Origin: Candidatus Eiseniibacteriota bacterium
GTDB lineage: Bacteria; Eisenbacteria; RBG-16-71-46; CAZAMP01
Direction: 5' to 3'
Length of the DNA: 64,000 bases
Assembly (NCBI GenBank): GCA_965224245.1
Contig: OZ245046.1
Coordinates: forward strand, 1,408,001-1,472,000
Shown piece by piece: positions 18,073 through 29,200 of the stretch. Under the pieces are notes generated by a model. That model was given only the letters and a program-made list of their open reading frames with translations. It searched no databases and was not told the DNA's origin. The translations under genes were made by a program, and so were the position numbers. Position 1 is the stretch's first letter, and each line of letters begins with the position of its first letter.

Positions 18073-18133
18073 TCGCGACCGCGCGTCGACATCTCGGGTC
18101 GTGGGCGTGTCGCACCAAGAAGCCCCACGAAGA

Positions 18134-18161
18134 CGCCCCCCGGGCGGAGCACCGGGGGGCG
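18134..18161. terminator. Hairpin between convergent genes
   Basis: CGCCCCCCGG-N8-CCGGGGGGCG; no U-tract. Confidence 0.4.
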
Positions 18162-18241
18162 ACGCGTCGGGCGATGGGCGGACAACTCGGCGCTTCACGA
18201 GCTCGTTGCGAACAGCGCGCCGGTTCTCCGGATCGCCCGGG

Positions 18242-19810
18242 CTACCGGATCCCGAAGTCGTACGCGAGGTTGATCCTGACCACGTCGGCCGTGTAGTACC
18301 GGTCGACCAGGATGTAGTCGTCGTAGTTGTAGAGGTTGTACTGGACCTCGAGACGCCAATCGTCGAGGACCGTGTACTGACCTTCGAACGACCAGATCGA
18401 CTTCTCGATGTCGAGATCCTCGCTCGCATCCACGTACGTGACGCCGGTCGAGAGCCGGAGGTTCGCGATGCGCTCGATGTCGACGCGCCCCGAGACGAGG
18501 TCGGTCGCGGCCTCGAACCCCGCGACGAGATCGGTGTACTCGTCGCTCGTGTGCGTGTAGGCACCCGAGATCGCGCCCCAGCGGTCGAGCGAGTAGCGCG
18601 CCCCGGTGCGGATGGCCTCCCCCTCGGCCTCGACGCCGATGTCCGGGTAGTCCCGCTCGCGCACGTTGATGCCGCCCGACAGCGACAGGTTGTCGACCGG
18701 ACGAACCTCGAGATCGGCGCGGACCCGGGAGCTCTCGACGTCGCGGAGCAGCGTCAGCTCCTCGGTGTCGGTCTTCACCCGTCCGGAGTAGGCGCCCTTC
18801 GCCGTGACCATGCCGAAGCGCAGGGTCGCGGCGCCGATCCAGCCCTGGTAGCTCGTGAGCGACGCGTCGTCGTCGGTCGTCTCGTAGGAGTAGCCGCCGG
18901 TGACGCTGCCGTGGGCGTGGTAGAACGTCGCATCCACGCGGTTGAGGATGCGATCGGTCTGAAGGGTCGTGGACTCGTTGTCGACCTGCTGGGCGTCGAA
19001 CGTGTACGTCAGCCGGAGCGGGCTCCACGGACGCACGATGCCGGTGTAGCGAACCGTGTAGAACGTATAGTCGAGCTCGCCGTCGTCTCCCTCGACGTTG
19101 GACAGCTCGCTGATGCCGTAGGAGCCCCGGACCATGTGCGTGACCTTGTCCGTGAACATGCAGGGGCCGTAGACGCGCGCCGAGACCACGCGGCCGGTCC
19201 GGTCGGTGGTGGCGTCGAGCTCGTTCTCGAAGTCCGAGAGCCGGTAGTCGACGGCGATGCCGCGCCGCCCGCGCCGGGCCTCGGCCGCCACGCGGGTCGT
19301 CCGGTGGGCATAATCATAGCCGGTGCCGAGCACGCTCTCGGTGCCGCTGGGGAACGACAGGCGATCACCGTCACGGCTCAGATCGTCGTACGACGCCGAG
19401 AGCGTGAGCCATCGCAGGGGGGTCCAGCGTGCGTCGACGTTCCAGTCCTCGCGTTCGGAGGTGACCACTCGATCGGGATCGAAGACCTGCCGGCTCTGAT
19501 CGAAAGAGCCCTTCAGCGTGAACGCGCCGGGACGCCGCAGGAGTACGTCGCCTCGGCGGCCGTCCTGGTTGATCTGATGCAGGTTGATCGTGACGAAGTT
19601 CTGCTGATCGGGCGAGCCGTGCAGCCGGATCTGTGAGAGCGAGAAGCCGTCGTAGATGTTGAACGTCTCCTGCACGGCGGAGAGGTCGCCCTCTTCGTCC
19701 AGGATGATGCCCCCCATCTTCACCGTGCCGTTCCAGTTGCCTGCCGCGAGGGGGGAGGAGAGGCCGACGACGAGCGCGGCGACCGGCAGGACTGTCCTCT
19801 TCGTGCGCAT
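18242..19810 (-). CDS. MtrB/PioB-like outer-membrane beta-barrel
   Basis: Signal peptide, amphipathic beta-strands, C-terminal INLAYDF; directly downstream of decaheme cytochrome. Confidence 0.8.
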   Translation of the reverse strand: MRTKRTVLPVAALVVGLSSPLAAGNWNGTVKMGGIILDEEGDLSAVQETFNIYDGFSLSQIRLHGSPDQQNFVTINLHQINQDGRRGDVLLRRPGAFTLKGSFDQSRQVFDPDRVVTSEREDWNVDARWTPLRWLTLSASYDDLSRDGDRLSFPSGTESVLGTGYDYAHRTTRVAAEARRGRRGIAVDYRLSDFENELDATTDRTGRVVSARVYGPCMFTDKVTHMVRGSYGISELSNVEGDDGELDYTFYTVRYTGIVRPWSPLRLTYTFDAQQVDNESTTLQTDRILNRVDATFYHAHGSVTGGYSYETTDDDASLTSYQGWIGAATLRFGMVTAKGAYSGRVKTDTEELTLLRDVESSRVRADLEVRPVDNLSLSGGINVRERDYPDIGVEAEGEAIRTGARYSLDRWGAISGAYTHTSDEYTDLVAGFEAATDLVSGRVDIERIANLRLSTGVTYVDASEDLDIEKSIWSFEGQYTVLDDWRLEVQYNLYNYDDYILVDRYYTADVVRINLAYDFGIR

Positions 19811-19822
19811 CAGGTCACCGTC

Positions 19823-20782
19823 CTAGAAAGCATGGCAGCCACTCGCGAAGCACCCCTGACCCTGAAGCGACTCGGTCAGGAAGTGTCGCGAGACGTACGA
19901 CCCGTGAATGTCGGTGTGGCACTCGTTGCAGGCCATCCCGGCCCACCGCGTGCCGTGCCTCGTGTTCTGGTTGTGACCAGGCACCGAGTGGCACTGCGAG
20001 CAGAGCTGATAGTGAGGCGACTCGTAGGGCTGCTGGAGCATCCTCGGCAGGTTCGAGCCGTGCGGGCTGTGGCACGACAGGCAGCCCCCCTCCTCGGTCG
20101 AGTAGTCGACCGTGGCCTGATGCTCGAACGGGAACGGCCCCTGGAACTCGACGTGACAGTCCATGCAGGGCTCGTTCGTGCCGTGACGCGCCAGCTCCAC
20201 CGACGTGACGTCGAGCGTCATGTGACAGTCGGCGCACGCGACCACGTCGTCGTTGACCGGGTGTCGATAGGCCTGCGCGAACTGGGCGGCCACGTCGGTG
20301 TGGCAGTCGAGGCAGAGCGTGGTCTGGCCGCTGTGCAGGAGCCCCGCCGAATGGTTTCCGTGGACCTGGTGGCAACCCGTGCAGCTCACGTCGTTCGCGG
20401 CGTGAACGTTGCCCTCCATCATGTTCTGCTGGTGGGAGTTCATGTGGCACTGCGAGCACACGAGTGCGGTGGCCATGGGTGCCAGATGCGACGGGTCCTC
20501 CCGAGGATACTCCTCGGGATCGTCCTCGTAGTGCCGTGCGTCGCCGGCGTGACAGTCGGAGCACGCAACCCGAGCCGCGGCGTCGCCGGGCGACAGGCGG
20601 TGGGGCGACGCGTCGAGGCCCGCCGCATAGCCCTCGTGACAGTCGAGGCACACGTCGCTGACATGCTCGCCGTCGTCGGCGGATACCGAGTCGAACAGGA
20701 GCGAGAGCGACGCGGTACAGGCGAGGACGGTCACGAGCATCCCCGTACCGTACCGACTCCGTCGTTCGTGTTCTATGTTCAC
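19823..20782 (-). CDS. MtrA/DmsE-family decaheme cytochrome c
   Basis: Ten CxxCH, GPFPFEH, CHSPHGS, CHTDIHGS motifs, plus terminal CFASGCH; GGAGGT RBS before GTG 20782. Confidence 0.92.
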   Translation of the reverse strand: MNIEHERRSRYGTGMLVTVLACTASLSLLFDSVSADDGEHVSDVCLDCHEGYAAGLDASPHRLSPGDAAARVACSDCHAGDARHYEDDPEEYPREDPSHLAPMATALVCSQCHMNSHQQNMMEGNVHAANDVSCTGCHQVHGNHSAGLLHSGQTTLCLDCHTDVAAQFAQAYRHPVNDDVVACADCHMTLDVTSVELARHGTNEPCMDCHVEFQGPFPFEHQATVDYSTEEGGCLSCHSPHGSNLPRMLQQPYESPHYQLCSQCHSVPGHNQNTRHGTRWAGMACNECHTDIHGSYVSRHFLTESLQGQGCFASGCHAF

Positions 20783-20972
20783 CGGTGTGACACCTCCACA
20801 TAGGAGAACGTCGGTATGTATAGTGGCCTTCGATACGGCGTGAAACCCTTTTTTTCCGTCGCCGCTCAAATCACCTAGCGACATACGTAGTTCTACTGAT
20901 AGGTTTCCCGAACGCTGGGACATATCGTTCACGACCGTGTTCGCCGGTGCGATTCGCGTGAGGGAGGTGTCG

Positions 20973-21440
20973 ATGACAGACGACCGGGGCCAGTGGCGGC
21001 GACGGCGTTTCCTCAACTGGCTCCTGGGCGGTGCCGGAGGCGCGTTCTTCGTCTCGGTCTTCTACCCCGTCTTTCGTTTTCTAAGCCCTCCTCGCATCCC
21101 CGAAGCCACGACCAACCGCGTCGCCGCCGGCACCACCAACGACCCGGACTACCTCGACAAGCGTTACAAGATCGTTCGCTTCGGAGCCGATCCGGTGATC
21201 GTGGTGAAGCTCTCCGAGACCGACTTCCGCGCGTTCTCCGCCACGTGCACCCACCTCGATTGCATCGTGGAGTATCGGCGTGACAGGAACGTGATCTGGT
21301 GCAACTGCCACAACGGCCAGTACGACCTGAGCGGCAAGAACGTCGCGGGACCGCCGCCACGCCCGCTCGACGCGTTCACGGTCAACCTCGTCACCGAGGG
21401 GCCGGACGGACCCACCAGCGTCTTCGTCTCGAGGGTCTGA
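20973..21440 (+). CDS. Rieske 2Fe-2S subunit of cytochrome bc complex
   Basis: Tat motif [35 protein letters not shown]. Confidence 0.95.
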   Translation: MTDDRGQWRRRRFLNWLLGGAGGAFFVSVFYPVFRFLSPPRIPEATTNRVAAGTTNDPDYLDKRYKIVRFGADPVIVVKLSETDFRAFSATCTHLDCIVEYRRDRNVIWCNCHNGQYDLSGKNVAGPPPRPLDAFTVNLVTEGPDGPTSVFVSRV

Positions 21441-21441
21441 C

Positions 21442-22626
21442 GTGGAGAGCGCGCGCGAGACACACCCGACACGAGCCCCCGGCCTGGGCGGCTGGCTGGA
21501 CGAGCGCCTCAAGCTGGGAAGTCTCGTGGCCTTCGCCTCGCACAAGCTCGTCCCGTCGCACCGGTTCTCGGTCTTCTACTTCCTCGGCGGGATGACGCTC
21601 TTCTTCTTCGTCGTCCAGGTCGCCACCGGCGTCCTCTTGATGCTGTACTACCGGCCGTCGGCGGAGGAGGCGTTCGAGTCGGTGGAGTTCCTGATGACGA
21701 CGGTGAACTTCGGCTGGCTCATCCGGTCGATTCACTCGTGGTCGGCCAACCTCATGGTGTTCTTCGCGTTCGTCCATCTGGCCACGGTGTTCTTCGTGAA
21801 GGCGTACCGGCCGCCGCGCGAGCTGACGTGGATCACCGGGTGTCTCCTCCTGTTCCTGTCGATGGCGTTCGGGTTCTCCGGGTACCTCTTGCCCTGGAAC
21901 CAGCTGGCGTTCTTCGCCACGAAGGTGGGGACCGACATCGCCGGAGCGGTGCCCGTCATCGGCGACTGGCTCCTCCGCTTCCTGCGCGGCGGAGATCACG
22001 TGGCGGGCGGTACGCTCTCGCGGTTCTACGGCTGGCACGTCGCGATCCTGCCCGCCATCACGGCCGTGGTGGTCTTCCTGCACATCCTGCTCGTTCAGCT
22101 CCTCGGCATGAGCGTGCCGCCCAGCGAGGAGAGCCGCGCCCGGCGACGCAAGCCGATGAAGTTCTTCCCGGACTTTGCGCTGCGCGATCTGTTCGGGTGG
22201 GTGCTCGCGCTCGGCGTCCTGGCCGCCCTGGCCGCGCTCTTCCCGTGGGAGCTCGGCGAGAAGGCCGATCCGTTCGCGCCTGCCTACGCGGACATCAAGC
22301 CCGAGTGGTACTTCATGTTCATGTTCCAGACGCTGAAGCTCGTGCCCGGTGGCGAGATCGCCGGGATCGAGTACGAGGCCCTCGCCATCCTCGCGTTCGG
22401 CGCGATGGCCCTCGTCACGGTCTTGATCCCGTTCCTGGACCGGAGCGTTCGCCGTCGAGGACTGAGCCGCTTCTTCACGGTCATCGGGTCGCTGACGCTG
22501 GTGTTCATCGTCGCGATGACGACGTGGGGCTATCACTCGCTCGTTCCGATCTGGATCGTCATCGGGACGGCCGTGGTCCTGCTGGTGCTGGGCTACGCCA
22601 CCCGAGTCACGAAGACGCAGCCATGA
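21442..22626 (+). CDS. Cytochrome b subunit (unsplit) of bc complex
   Basis: Four heme-b His (IHSW, VHLA, WHVA, LHIL), GYLLPW, KPEWY. Confidence 0.95.
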   Translation: MESARETHPTRAPGLGGWLDERLKLGSLVAFASHKLVPSHRFSVFYFLGGMTLFFFVVQVATGVLLMLYYRPSAEEAFESVEFLMTTVNFGWLIRSIHSWSANLMVFFAFVHLATVFFVKAYRPPRELTWITGCLLLFLSMAFGFSGYLLPWNQLAFFATKVGTDIAGAVPVIGDWLLRFLRGGDHVAGGTLSRFYGWHVAILPAITAVVVFLHILLVQLLGMSVPPSEESRARRRKPMKFFPDFALRDLFGWVLALGVLAALAALFPWELGEKADPFAPAYADIKPEWYFMFMFQTLKLVPGGEIAGIEYEALAILAFGAMALVTVLIPFLDRSVRRRGLSRFFTVIGSLTLVFIVAMTTWGYHSLVPIWIVIGTAVVLLVLGYATRVTKTQP

Positions 22627-24350
22627 CGAGATTCACGCGCACATCGACGTCGCTTCTCCTCGCCCTCGGCATGGGCGCGAGCGCGGCGACCGGCGCCGTC
22701 GACACGTCCTGCGTGCGGTGCCACGGAGATCCCGACCTCTTCGAGGGTGACGACCTGGCGGTCGTCCACGACGTCGAGACCAGCGTGCACGGGGCGGCCG
22801 GGCTCTCGTGTCACGACTGTCACGGGGGCAACCCCGACGTCGCGGTGGCCGAGGACGCCGACGCGGCCATGGATCCCGGCTTCGCGCCGAATCCCTACGT
22901 CGGGCCACCCGCCCGGGCGGACGTCCCGTCGTTCTGCGGTCGGTGTCACTCGGATCCGGCGTACATGAAGCGCTTTCGTCCCGACTTCCGGGTGGACCAG
23001 GAGGCCGAGTACCGGACCAGCCATCACGGTGTGGCGCTCGCGGCGGGGGACACGCGCGTGGCGACGTGCGTGAGCTGCCACGGCACGCACGACATCCTCC
23101 CGGTGAAGGACTCCGCGTCACCGGTATACCCCACGCGCGTGGCCGAGACGTGCCGCGGCTGCCACGGCGACGCGGAGACGATGGCCGGGTACCGGCGCGA
23201 TGACGGGACGCCGCTGCCCGTGGACCAGTACGAGCGCTGGACGAGCAGCGTCCACGGTGCGGCCATGCTGGTGCGCGGGGATGTGTCGGCGCCCACGTGC
23301 AACGACTGTCACGGCAATCACGGCGCGGCGCCCCCGGGGCTCGAGTCGGTGGCGCTGGTATGTGGGCAGTGTCACGGTCGTGAGGCCGATCTGTTCCGGG
23401 AGAGCCCCAAGCGCGCGGGCTTCGAGGCTCACAACGAGTACCTCGCCGACGCCGAGGACGGCTGTCGCGACTGTCACGAGGCCCCGGAGCCGGCGGTCAC
23501 GATGTCCCTCCGACACTTCAGCGAGTGCGCCACCTGTCACGACAACCACGCGGTGCTCCGTCCCACGGTGGCGATGCTCGGCGCGCTTCCGGCCACGCCC
23601 TGCGCGTTCTGCCACGAGGGTGACGACCCGCCGGCCGGCGCGGCCTCCGAGCCCGAGCGGATCCGCGCCCACTACCGCGACGAGCTGGGGCGGCTCATGG
23701 CCGAGGCGGAGGCCAGCGGGGAGGGCCTCGAGGGCGAGCTGCTCTTCGACTGGCTGGTGGATCGTGCGCTGGAGCTTCCCGCGCACACCACGGCCAGCGC
23801 GGACCGGGACACGGGCTCGCATCTCCGGCCCGAGTTCGCCAAGCTCTTCTCCAAGTTCCGGATCGGCAAGACGCACCACGTGATCGGCGACGCGGAGTCG
23901 GGGCGAACCTCCCTCGTCCGGGTCGTGCAGTGCACCGACTGTCACGCCGCCCCGGACGTCGCGTCCGTCGATCCGGTCGGACACGAGACCGCCGCGAGCT
24001 TCCTGGCCCGCATGCACGATCTGACCTCGCAGATCGCGCGCACCGAGCGAACCCTGCTCGCGGCGCGACGCGGCGGAGTCGAGGTCGGCGAGGGGTCGCT
24101 GGAGCTCGACCGGGCGGTCGGCGTTCAGGTGGAGCTGGAGGCCCTCGTGCACACGTTCGACGCCGACACGTCGGCGGCGTTCGTGCACAAGCAGGCCGAA
24201 GGGCTCGAGCACACCGAATCCGCGCTCGTGATCGCCCAGGCCGGCCTCCGGGAGCTCTCCAACCGGCGTCGCGGCCTCACGATCGCGCTCGGCGTGATCG
24301 TGCTGCTCCTGATCGGCCTGGGGCTCAAGATCCGGTGGGCCGAGACGTAG
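22623..24350 (+). CDS. 11-heme cytochrome c with C-terminal membrane anchor
   Basis: ATGA overlap with cytochrome b; signal peptide; 11 CxxCH; C-terminal [21 protein letters not shown]. Confidence 0.9.
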   Translation: MTRFTRTSTSLLLALGMGASAATGAVDTSCVRCHGDPDLFEGDDLAVVHDVETSVHGAAGLSCHDCHGGNPDVAVAEDADAAMDPGFAPNPYVGPPARADVPSFCGRCHSDPAYMKRFRPDFRVDQEAEYRTSHHGVALAAGDTRVATCVSCHGTHDILPVKDSASPVYPTRVAETCRGCHGDAETMAGYRRDDGTPLPVDQYERWTSSVHGAAMLVRGDVSAPTCNDCHGNHGAAPPGLESVALVCGQCHGREADLFRESPKRAGFEAHNEYLADAEDGCRDCHEAPEPAVTMSLRHFSECATCHDNHAVLRPTVAMLGALPATPCAFCHEGDDPPAGAASEPERIRAHYRDELGRLMAEAEASGEGLEGELLFDWLVDRALELPAHTTASADRDTGSHLRPEFAKLFSKFRIGKTHHVIGDAESGRTSLVRVVQCTDCHAAPDVASVDPVGHETAASFLARMHDLTSQIARTERTLLAARRGGVEVGEGSLELDRAVGVQVELEALVHTFDADTSAAFVHKQAEGLEHTESALVIAQAGLRELSNRRRGLTIALGVIVLLLIGLGLKIRWAET

Positions 24351-24370
24351 CCGGTTCGCAGGCCTGGCCC

Positions 24371-25987
24371 GTGCCCGGCCTCGCGCTCGCCGGGCGGCCA
24401 CTCGCCGCGATGGCGGCGACCGCGGCGTCGCTCGCGTGGAGCCCGATCGACGGCGCGCACGCCCAGTGCCTGCTCGCGAACCCGAGCTTCGAGGTTCCCG
24501 GTAGCGGGGGCGAGCTCTTCGCCGGCTGGCGCCACTTCGGCCGGGTCGCCGCGCACGACGAGGCCCCGCACGGGGCCGCCGCGGCCCGGATGTCGGGACC
24601 GGACACCGGCGCGTGGGCGGTCTCGGCCTGCTGGCAGCGTCTGGACGCGACCCCCGGCGAGGTGTGGACGGCGAGCGCCTGTGCCTGGCACGGAGCCGGT
24701 GCGCCGCTGGGCGGTGAGTCGCGCGCGATCCTGAACGTCGAGTGGCGGGACGCATCCGGAGCGCTGATCGACTACGAATCCCACGCCGTGCTCGACGCCG
24801 CCACCCCGGTGGAGCGGCTCGTGACCGTCGTCGTCCAGAGCTCGCCGGCGCCGCCGGGGACCGAGTCCGTCCACGTGCTACTCGGGATTCTCCAGGGACC
24901 GGACGACCCGGCGGCCGACGTCTTCTTCGACCTCGCGCGCTTCGACAGCCAGGGGCCGCCCGGGTTCGACGAGCTCCAGTGGCTCGACTTTCCGGGCGGA
25001 CGGACGCTGGATTTCAGCGGGCGATCCTGGCGCGTCAAGGGGCCGGGCGTCTACCACCCCGGTCCCGACGTGTACTGCGACGCGGCGAGCTGCGTCTGGG
25101 TCGATGCCGGCGGCCGCCTGCACCTGACGATCGACGATGTCGACGGGGAGTGGGCCAGCACGGAGATCGCCGCGACCGAGCCGCTCGGCTACGGCGACTA
25201 CGTCTTCACGACCGTTGGGCGCCTCGACGCTCTCGAACCCAGCGTCGTCCTGGGGATGTTCCTCTGGCAGTACGGGCCATGCTACGACCCGGCCGACGGC
25301 TGGTGGAATCCGTACGACGAGATCGACGTCGAGTTCGCACGGTGGGGAGATCCGGCTGCCGAGATCGGCCAGTTCGTCGTGCAGCCGTACGACGCCCCCG
25401 GCAACCTGAGCCGCTTCGATGCCGCGTTCTCCGAGGGCGAGCGGACGAGTCACGCGTTCCGGTGGCGGCCCGATCGCGTCGAGTTCCGGAGCTGGCGTGG
25501 AGGTCCTGCCGACGAGGCGCCGGAGACGACGATCCACACCTGGACGTACTCCGGCATCCATCTTCCGAGGCCCGAGGAGCCGCGCGTGCACGTGAACCTG
25601 TGGCAGCTCGGGGGACCGCCGGCACGCGCGCACGAGATCGTGCTCGAGTCGTTCGCGTTCGTGGCGTGGGAGGATGACGAGGAGCTCGGCGCGGGGGTCG
25701 TGTCGGAGCCCGGCCGCGATCCCGTGATCGCCGCGCCGACGCCGTTTCGACGCGGGACGACGATCCGCTTCCGGCCCCGTCGTGGCGGCGATGCGCAGGT
25801 CGACGTCCACGACGCGGGGGGACGCCGGGTTCGCTCGATCCATCTTCGGGTGCGCCGCGGCGAGACCGTCTCCGCGCTCTGGGATGGACGGGACGACGCC
25901 GGACGCCGCTCGGCTCCCGGGGTCTATCTCGTCCGGATCCGCATCGGCGAGACCCTCTCGACGGGCAGGACGGTCCTCCTGGAGTAG
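24371..25987 (+). CDS. Secreted CBM-like + GH16-like glycoside hydrolase + FlgD-Ig
   Basis: LLANPSFE jelly-roll domain; EIDVE catalytic motif; WDGRDDAG...PGVY tail; start uncertain. Confidence 0.75.
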   Translation: MPGLALAGRPLAAMAATAASLAWSPIDGAHAQCLLANPSFEVPGSGGELFAGWRHFGRVAAHDEAPHGAAAARMSGPDTGAWAVSACWQRLDATPGEVWTASACAWHGAGAPLGGESRAILNVEWRDASGALIDYESHAVLDAATPVERLVTVVVQSSPAPPGTESVHVLLGILQGPDDPAADVFFDLARFDSQGPPGFDELQWLDFPGGRTLDFSGRSWRVKGPGVYHPGPDVYCDAASCVWVDAGGRLHLTIDDVDGEWASTEIAATEPLGYGDYVFTTVGRLDALEPSVVLGMFLWQYGPCYDPADGWWNPYDEIDVEFARWGDPAAEIGQFVVQPYDAPGNLSRFDAAFSEGERTSHAFRWRPDRVEFRSWRGGPADEAPETTIHTWTYSGIHLPRPEEPRVHVNLWQLGGPPARAHEIVLESFAFVAWEDDEELGAGVVSEPGRDPVIAAPTPFRRGTTIRFRPRRGGDAQVDVHDAGGRRVRSIHLRVRRGETVSALWDGRDDAGRRSAPGVYLVRIRIGETLSTGRTVLLE

Positions 25988-26012
25988 TTTCGAAGATACA
26001 CCCAGACAACGG

Positions 26013-26041
26013 TTTACAGCGTGAGCGGTCTGCGCGACAAT
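26013..26041 (+). promoter_or_regulatory. sigma70-type promoter upstream of GH149 gene
   Basis: TTTACA-N17-GACAAT. Confidence 0.5.
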
Positions 26042-26203
26042 CCAGGTCGGTCGCGTCCCGGTCGTACCGCTCCGGTCGTTTCGGCGGCGCCTGGCTCGAC
26101 ACCTTCATCGACCGGCGGACATCCACGCCATGAGCGCTTCCATCCGACATCGACTGTGCGTCGGTCGTCCGACGGCCTCCAACCCGCGCGTGGGGATCCG
26201 GAC

Positions 26204-29200
26204 GTGACGAGCGGACCGACCACACCGACCGGCGACCTCGTGTCGATCGACGGCGAGACGTACTACCGGATCTCGTCGAGCCAGAACCTGGCGCCGTTCT
26301 TCATGACCATCCCGAGCAACACCGACCTGTGGATGTTCATCACGTCGCGGGGCGGTCTCACCGCGGGCCGTGTCGATGCGGATCGAAGTCTGTTTCCCTA
26401 CCAGACCGTCGACCTGCTGCACGACGCGCACCGTCATACCGGGCCGATCACGCTCATCCGCGTGTCCATTCCCGGCGAGCGCGACACGGTGTGGGAGCCG
26501 TTCGCCGACGTGGCGCCACGGAGTGCGCCGGTTCATCGGTGTCTCTACAAGAACGTCGTCGGCAACCGGGTCCTCTTCGAGGAGACGCGCCCGGACCTCG
26601 GCCTGACGTTCAGATACCGATGGTCGGCGTGTGACGCGTTCGGGTTCGTCCGGACGGCGAGCCTCCGTGCCCACGGTCCGGATGCCGCCAGCGGCACGCT
26701 CGTCGACGGCGTTCGCAACGTGCTCCCGTACGGGGTTCCGCTTGCGCTCCAGCAGCGAGCCAGCTGTCTCGTCGACGCGTACAAGCGAACCGACCGCATT
26801 GAGGATCTGCCGCTGGCGGTGTTCTCGCTCACGGCGGAGATTCTCGACCGCGCGGAGGCGGCCGAGCAGCTCCGGGCGAACGTCGCCTGGTGCCACGGGC
26901 TGGGCACGCCGGCGGTGAGCCTGTCCGCCCGATCGCTCGAGTCGTTTCGAGCCGGCGCGGCGGCGGCACGCGAGCGGGTGCTGACCGGGCAGCGAGGGGG
27001 CTTCTTCGTCGAGACGCCGTTCGCGCTGGCCTCCGGCGAGCACCTCGAATGGGACCTCGTGCTGGACGTCGGTCTCGGCCACGTCCGGCTGGTGGAGCTC
27101 ATCGGCTTGATCCGGGAATCGACGGATCTCGACCGACGAGTTCGCAGCGCGCTCGATCACGCGCGGGACGACCTCGTGCGCATCGTGGCCAGTGCGGACG
27201 CCCTTCAGTGCACCGGTCACCCCGTGACGGACGCGCACCACGTGGCCAACGTCCTCTACAACACGATGCGTGGCGGTGTGTTCGCATCCGATCACGACGT
27301 GCCGGTCGACGACTTCGGTGACTTCCTGTCCACGCGCAACCGGCGCGTGAGGGCGCGCTCGGCGGAGTTCCTGCGGACACTCCCGCGGACGCTGTCGATC
27401 GAGGAGCTGCGCCGCGTCGCGACCCGGGCACACGATCCGGATCTGGAACGGCTCGCGTTCGAGTACCTGCCGATCGGGTTCGGCCGCCGCCACGGGGACC
27501 CGAGTCGACCCTGGAACCGCTTCGCGATTCAGGTCAAGAACTCCGACGGGAGCCCCGTCCTGTACTACGAGGGAAACTGGCGCGACATCTTCCAGAACTG
27601 GGAGGCGCTCGCGCTCAGCTTCCCCGACTTCCTGCCGAACCTGATCGCCACGTTCGTGAACGCATCGACGCTCGACGGCTTCAACCCCTACCGCCTCACG
27701 CGCGACGGCATCGAGTGGGAGATCCCCGACCCGGATGATCCCTGGAGCTACATCGGATACTGGGGCGACCACCAGATCGTCTATCTCCTCCGGCTCCTGG
27801 AGGCGCTCGGGCGGACCTCGCCGGCGACGCTCCGGCGGCTGCTCGATCGCCGGATCTTCGCCTACGCGGACGTGCCGTACCGTCTCCGGCCCTACGCGGA
27901 CATCCTGCGCGATCCCCACGCAACGATCGACTACGACCACGACCGTGCGGCTCGCGTCGACACGCGGGTGGCCGCCGTCGGCTCCGACGGGAAGCTCGTG
28001 ACGGGGACCGACGGATCGGTGTCGCTCGTGACGTTGCTGGAGAAGCTCCTCGTCCCCGCGCTCTCGAAGCTCTCCAATCTCGTGCCGGACGGTGGCATCT
28101 GGATGAACACGCAGCGACCGGAGTGGAACGACGCGAACAACGCGCTGGTCGGCAACGGGCTGTCGATGGTCACGCTGTTTCATCTCCGGCGATACCTGGT
28201 TTTCCTCGATGACCTGCTGGCGGACGACACGCGACCCGACCCGACGCCGTGGAGGATCTCCGCGGAGGTGGCGGAATGGATGGCGGACGTGGGTGCCGCG
28301 ATCTCGGAGTGCCGCCGGGCGCTCGACCGCGACGACGTCCACGACGCCCCGGAAACCGCCGACGTCCGCGACGCCGATCGGCTCCGGACGCTCGACGCGC
28401 TCGGGGAGGCATTCTCGCGGTATCGAGAGCGTGTCTACGTCGACGGGCTCTCGGCTCCCGTGGATGTCACGGATGCCACGATCAGGACCGTCGTCCGGGA
28501 CGCGATCGCCGTCATCGATCACGCGATCGCCGCCAGTAGAAGACCCGACGGACTCCATCACACGTACAACCTGCTGTCGATCTCGACCGATGACGAGACC
28601 GCGAGCGTCCGTCATCTGTACGAGATGCTGGAAGGGCAGGTCGCGGCGCTGAGCTCCGGGGCGCTCGGCGTCCGCGAGTGCGTGGAGCTCGCCAAACGAA
28701 TGGTCACGAGTCGCCTCTACCGGCCCGATCAGAGGAGCTTTCTTCTGTACCCCGAGCGTGAGCTTCCCGGCTTCCTGGACCGCAACGCGGTCTCGGCGGC
28801 TCGCGTGGAGGCGATCGGGCTTCTCAGCGCGCTCGAGGCCGCGGGCGACGTCTCGCTGATCGAGCGGGACGGACTCGGCACCCATCGGTTCCACCCCGAC
28901 CTGTCGAACGCTCGTGACGTGTCGTCCGTGCTCGATCGACTCGCCCGTTCCGATCTCTGGCGTGACGGTGTGACGCGGGATCGTGCCCGCGTGTTGGCGC
29001 TCTTCGAGGACGTCTTCGCGCACCGCGAGTTCACCGGGCGCTCGGGAACCATGTACGGCTACGAGGGTCTGGGCTGCATCTACTGGCACATGGTCGCGAA
29101 GCTCCTGCTCGCCATCCAGGAGGTCGTGCATCGCGCCATCGCGGACGGGGAGCCGGACGACGTCGTGAACGACGCGATCGCGACGTATCACCGCGTCCGC

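Noticed and set aside
20783-20972. FNR, Fur or Rex box in the divergent cytochrome promoter
   Set aside because: AT-richer, but no convincing consensus palindrome seen
21738-22622. N-terminal extension of the 870-aa ORF (likewise 29765-32602, 40486-42231, 42432-44975, 44126-45421)
   Set aside because: Arg-rich off-frame read-through of upstream genes; true starts are marked by stop/start overlaps and signal peptides
26105-29191. 1028-aa minus-strand ORF
   Set aside because: Antisense shadow of the GH149 gene; long stop-free reverse frames are expected at this GC content and the translation has no motifs
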